From positions 92,814,001 to 92,878,000 of the forward strand of contig OX597818.1 in the NCBI GenBank assembly GCA_951406725.2: 64,000 nt of DNA, given 5' to 3'. A program made the translations under genes and the position numbers. This document shows positions 62,620 to 64,000 of the stretch, in pieces; positions within the stretch are counted from its first letter, which is position 1; the number at the start of each line of letters is the position of its first letter. The stretch comes from Octopus vulgaris. Lineage: Eukaryota. A model generated the notes under the pieces. It searched no databases. It had not been told where the DNA came from and was given only the letters and a program-made list of their open reading frames with translations.

Positions 62620-64000
62620 ATAGAAGCTATTTTGTGTTAAAGTTGTCGTATTTGGGTAATTTTAACCAATAAACGGCCACTACAATTACGTGTTTTCCGG
62701 TGTATAAGCCACTATTTTTCACCTCGAAAATTTAGAGTGCGGCTTATAGAAAAGTGCGCTTAATATGTGTACTTTTTTTTTAAGTTTCGGGAGGAAAATA
62801 ATTTGTGTATAGAGGAAAGGTCAGTTGGTGAACAACATGAAAGACTACGGCACATTCAAATAATAATAATCTATCTATATCAAGGATCACATTTTTCAGT
62901 ATACTATTCTTTAATTTAAATGTGTGTGATTAAAGTGAAACATTTCTAACAGAGTCGAACGGCTGTATGGAGGCTGGGTCGAGTATTCTCTAGTACTTCT
63001 AGACAGAACACTCCATTTTGTTTCGACCTTATAACGAAACTTAAAGATTACCCGTATGTGTGTGCCTGGAAGAAAACAAAGAATATTTGTTTTGTTTTAA
63101 CTTCATGTTTTGATAATGTTATTTTTAATCTAATAAAGACTTTTATATTGACGAAATGTGTTTGTTGTTGATTATAGTAAGATGAAATCATAACACTAAC
63201 AATACATTTCGTAGTTGTAAGAGAAGGCATTTTGAAGCAACATACACGTCAACAACAAAAATGCTAGCTGCGGACCCGTAGCTCTATATGTCTTTAAAAC
63301 ACCGGAGCGCTTTAAGTGTGGATAAAACACCGATGTCGGGCAAACGAATAAACATTTGTAAATAATATTTCTTCCGTCTTCATGTTGATTCTTCGATGTT
63401 TACTGGTTACTCCGACGCGAGAACCAAAAACAAAAAAAGCGCGTAATATGCGACACAGACAGTAAACAAAAAATAAAATAGAACAGAGTGGTGACATTTA
63501 GTAGAGATGACCCTGAAGTTGTTCCTCTTCGATTACTATCGCAAACAGCAGTAGCTTTCTTCAACCGAATACAGGTCGTTCATTGGTTAAAATTACCCAA
63601 ATACGACAACTTTATCACGAAATAACTTCTAAAATACCAAATTTTGTCAAAATTGTTCTAAGTAAACCGTGTTAGGGTTAGGCGGAGGGGGAGGGGGAGG
63701 GTTAGTTACAGGATGTTGTCTCAGTTTTAGACGCAGCAAATGATTTTAGTTCAATAGAGGTAATCGATTGGTTAAAATTGCCGAAATGATCGGATTTTCA
63801 GACGAAATATCTTACAAACTATAGAATTTTCTCAATTAAACCAAGAGAAAATGATGTTTTATAAACACATTCTACCAGTATACGAAGTTTAAAACTTTTT
63901 AGTTACCTAGAAATTATGTTACAAACTGCCGATCAAAAAGGAAAAGATCCAACATGTGTGTGATTTAAATAAAACATTTCTAACAGAGTCGAACGGCTGT
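62620..64000. repeat. Nested MITE/DNA-transposon-like fragments
   Basis: 62620-62672 is inverted versus 63582-63632. 62920-62967 is directly repeated at 63953-64000. A pogo-like end (cgtgttttccggtgtataagcc) lies at 62688. Confidence 0.45.

Noticed and set aside
63672-63684. TTAGGG telomeric repeat
   Set aside because: Fewer than two full units; consistent with chance.

Overview
AT-rich eukaryotic DNA made almost entirely of repeats. The SINE families and dense (TA)n/(TG)n/(TATC)n/(ATGT)n/(ATT)n microsatellites suggest an octopus or other coleoid cephalopod (inference). I found no convincing host protein-coding exon; most ORFs in the track are microsatellite or satellite read-through. Recognisable content: four Tc1/mariner elements (two with full TIRs and near-complete dead transposases, DD34D-type and DD41D-type), several Helitrons (one with a PIF1 helicase remnant, plus a head-to-tail tandem), two Penelope-like elements with GIY-YIG domains, fragments of R4/Dong-like, RTE, CR1 and L1/Tx1 LINEs, a Gypsy integrase remnant, a hAT MITE, and two tRNA-derived SINE families. 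A ~6.6 kb GC-rich satellite (163/146-bp units, ~2.4-kb higher-order repeat) folds back on itself around a duplicated SINE. The most notable signals are: (i) several minimal hammerhead-ribozyme motifs inside foldback or partial-tandem elements; (ii) a constant ~71-bp satellite module that can be drawn as a non-canonical hammerhead-like fold, joined by two interchangeable spacers; (iii) two independent head-to-head SINE foldbacks with the same geometry.
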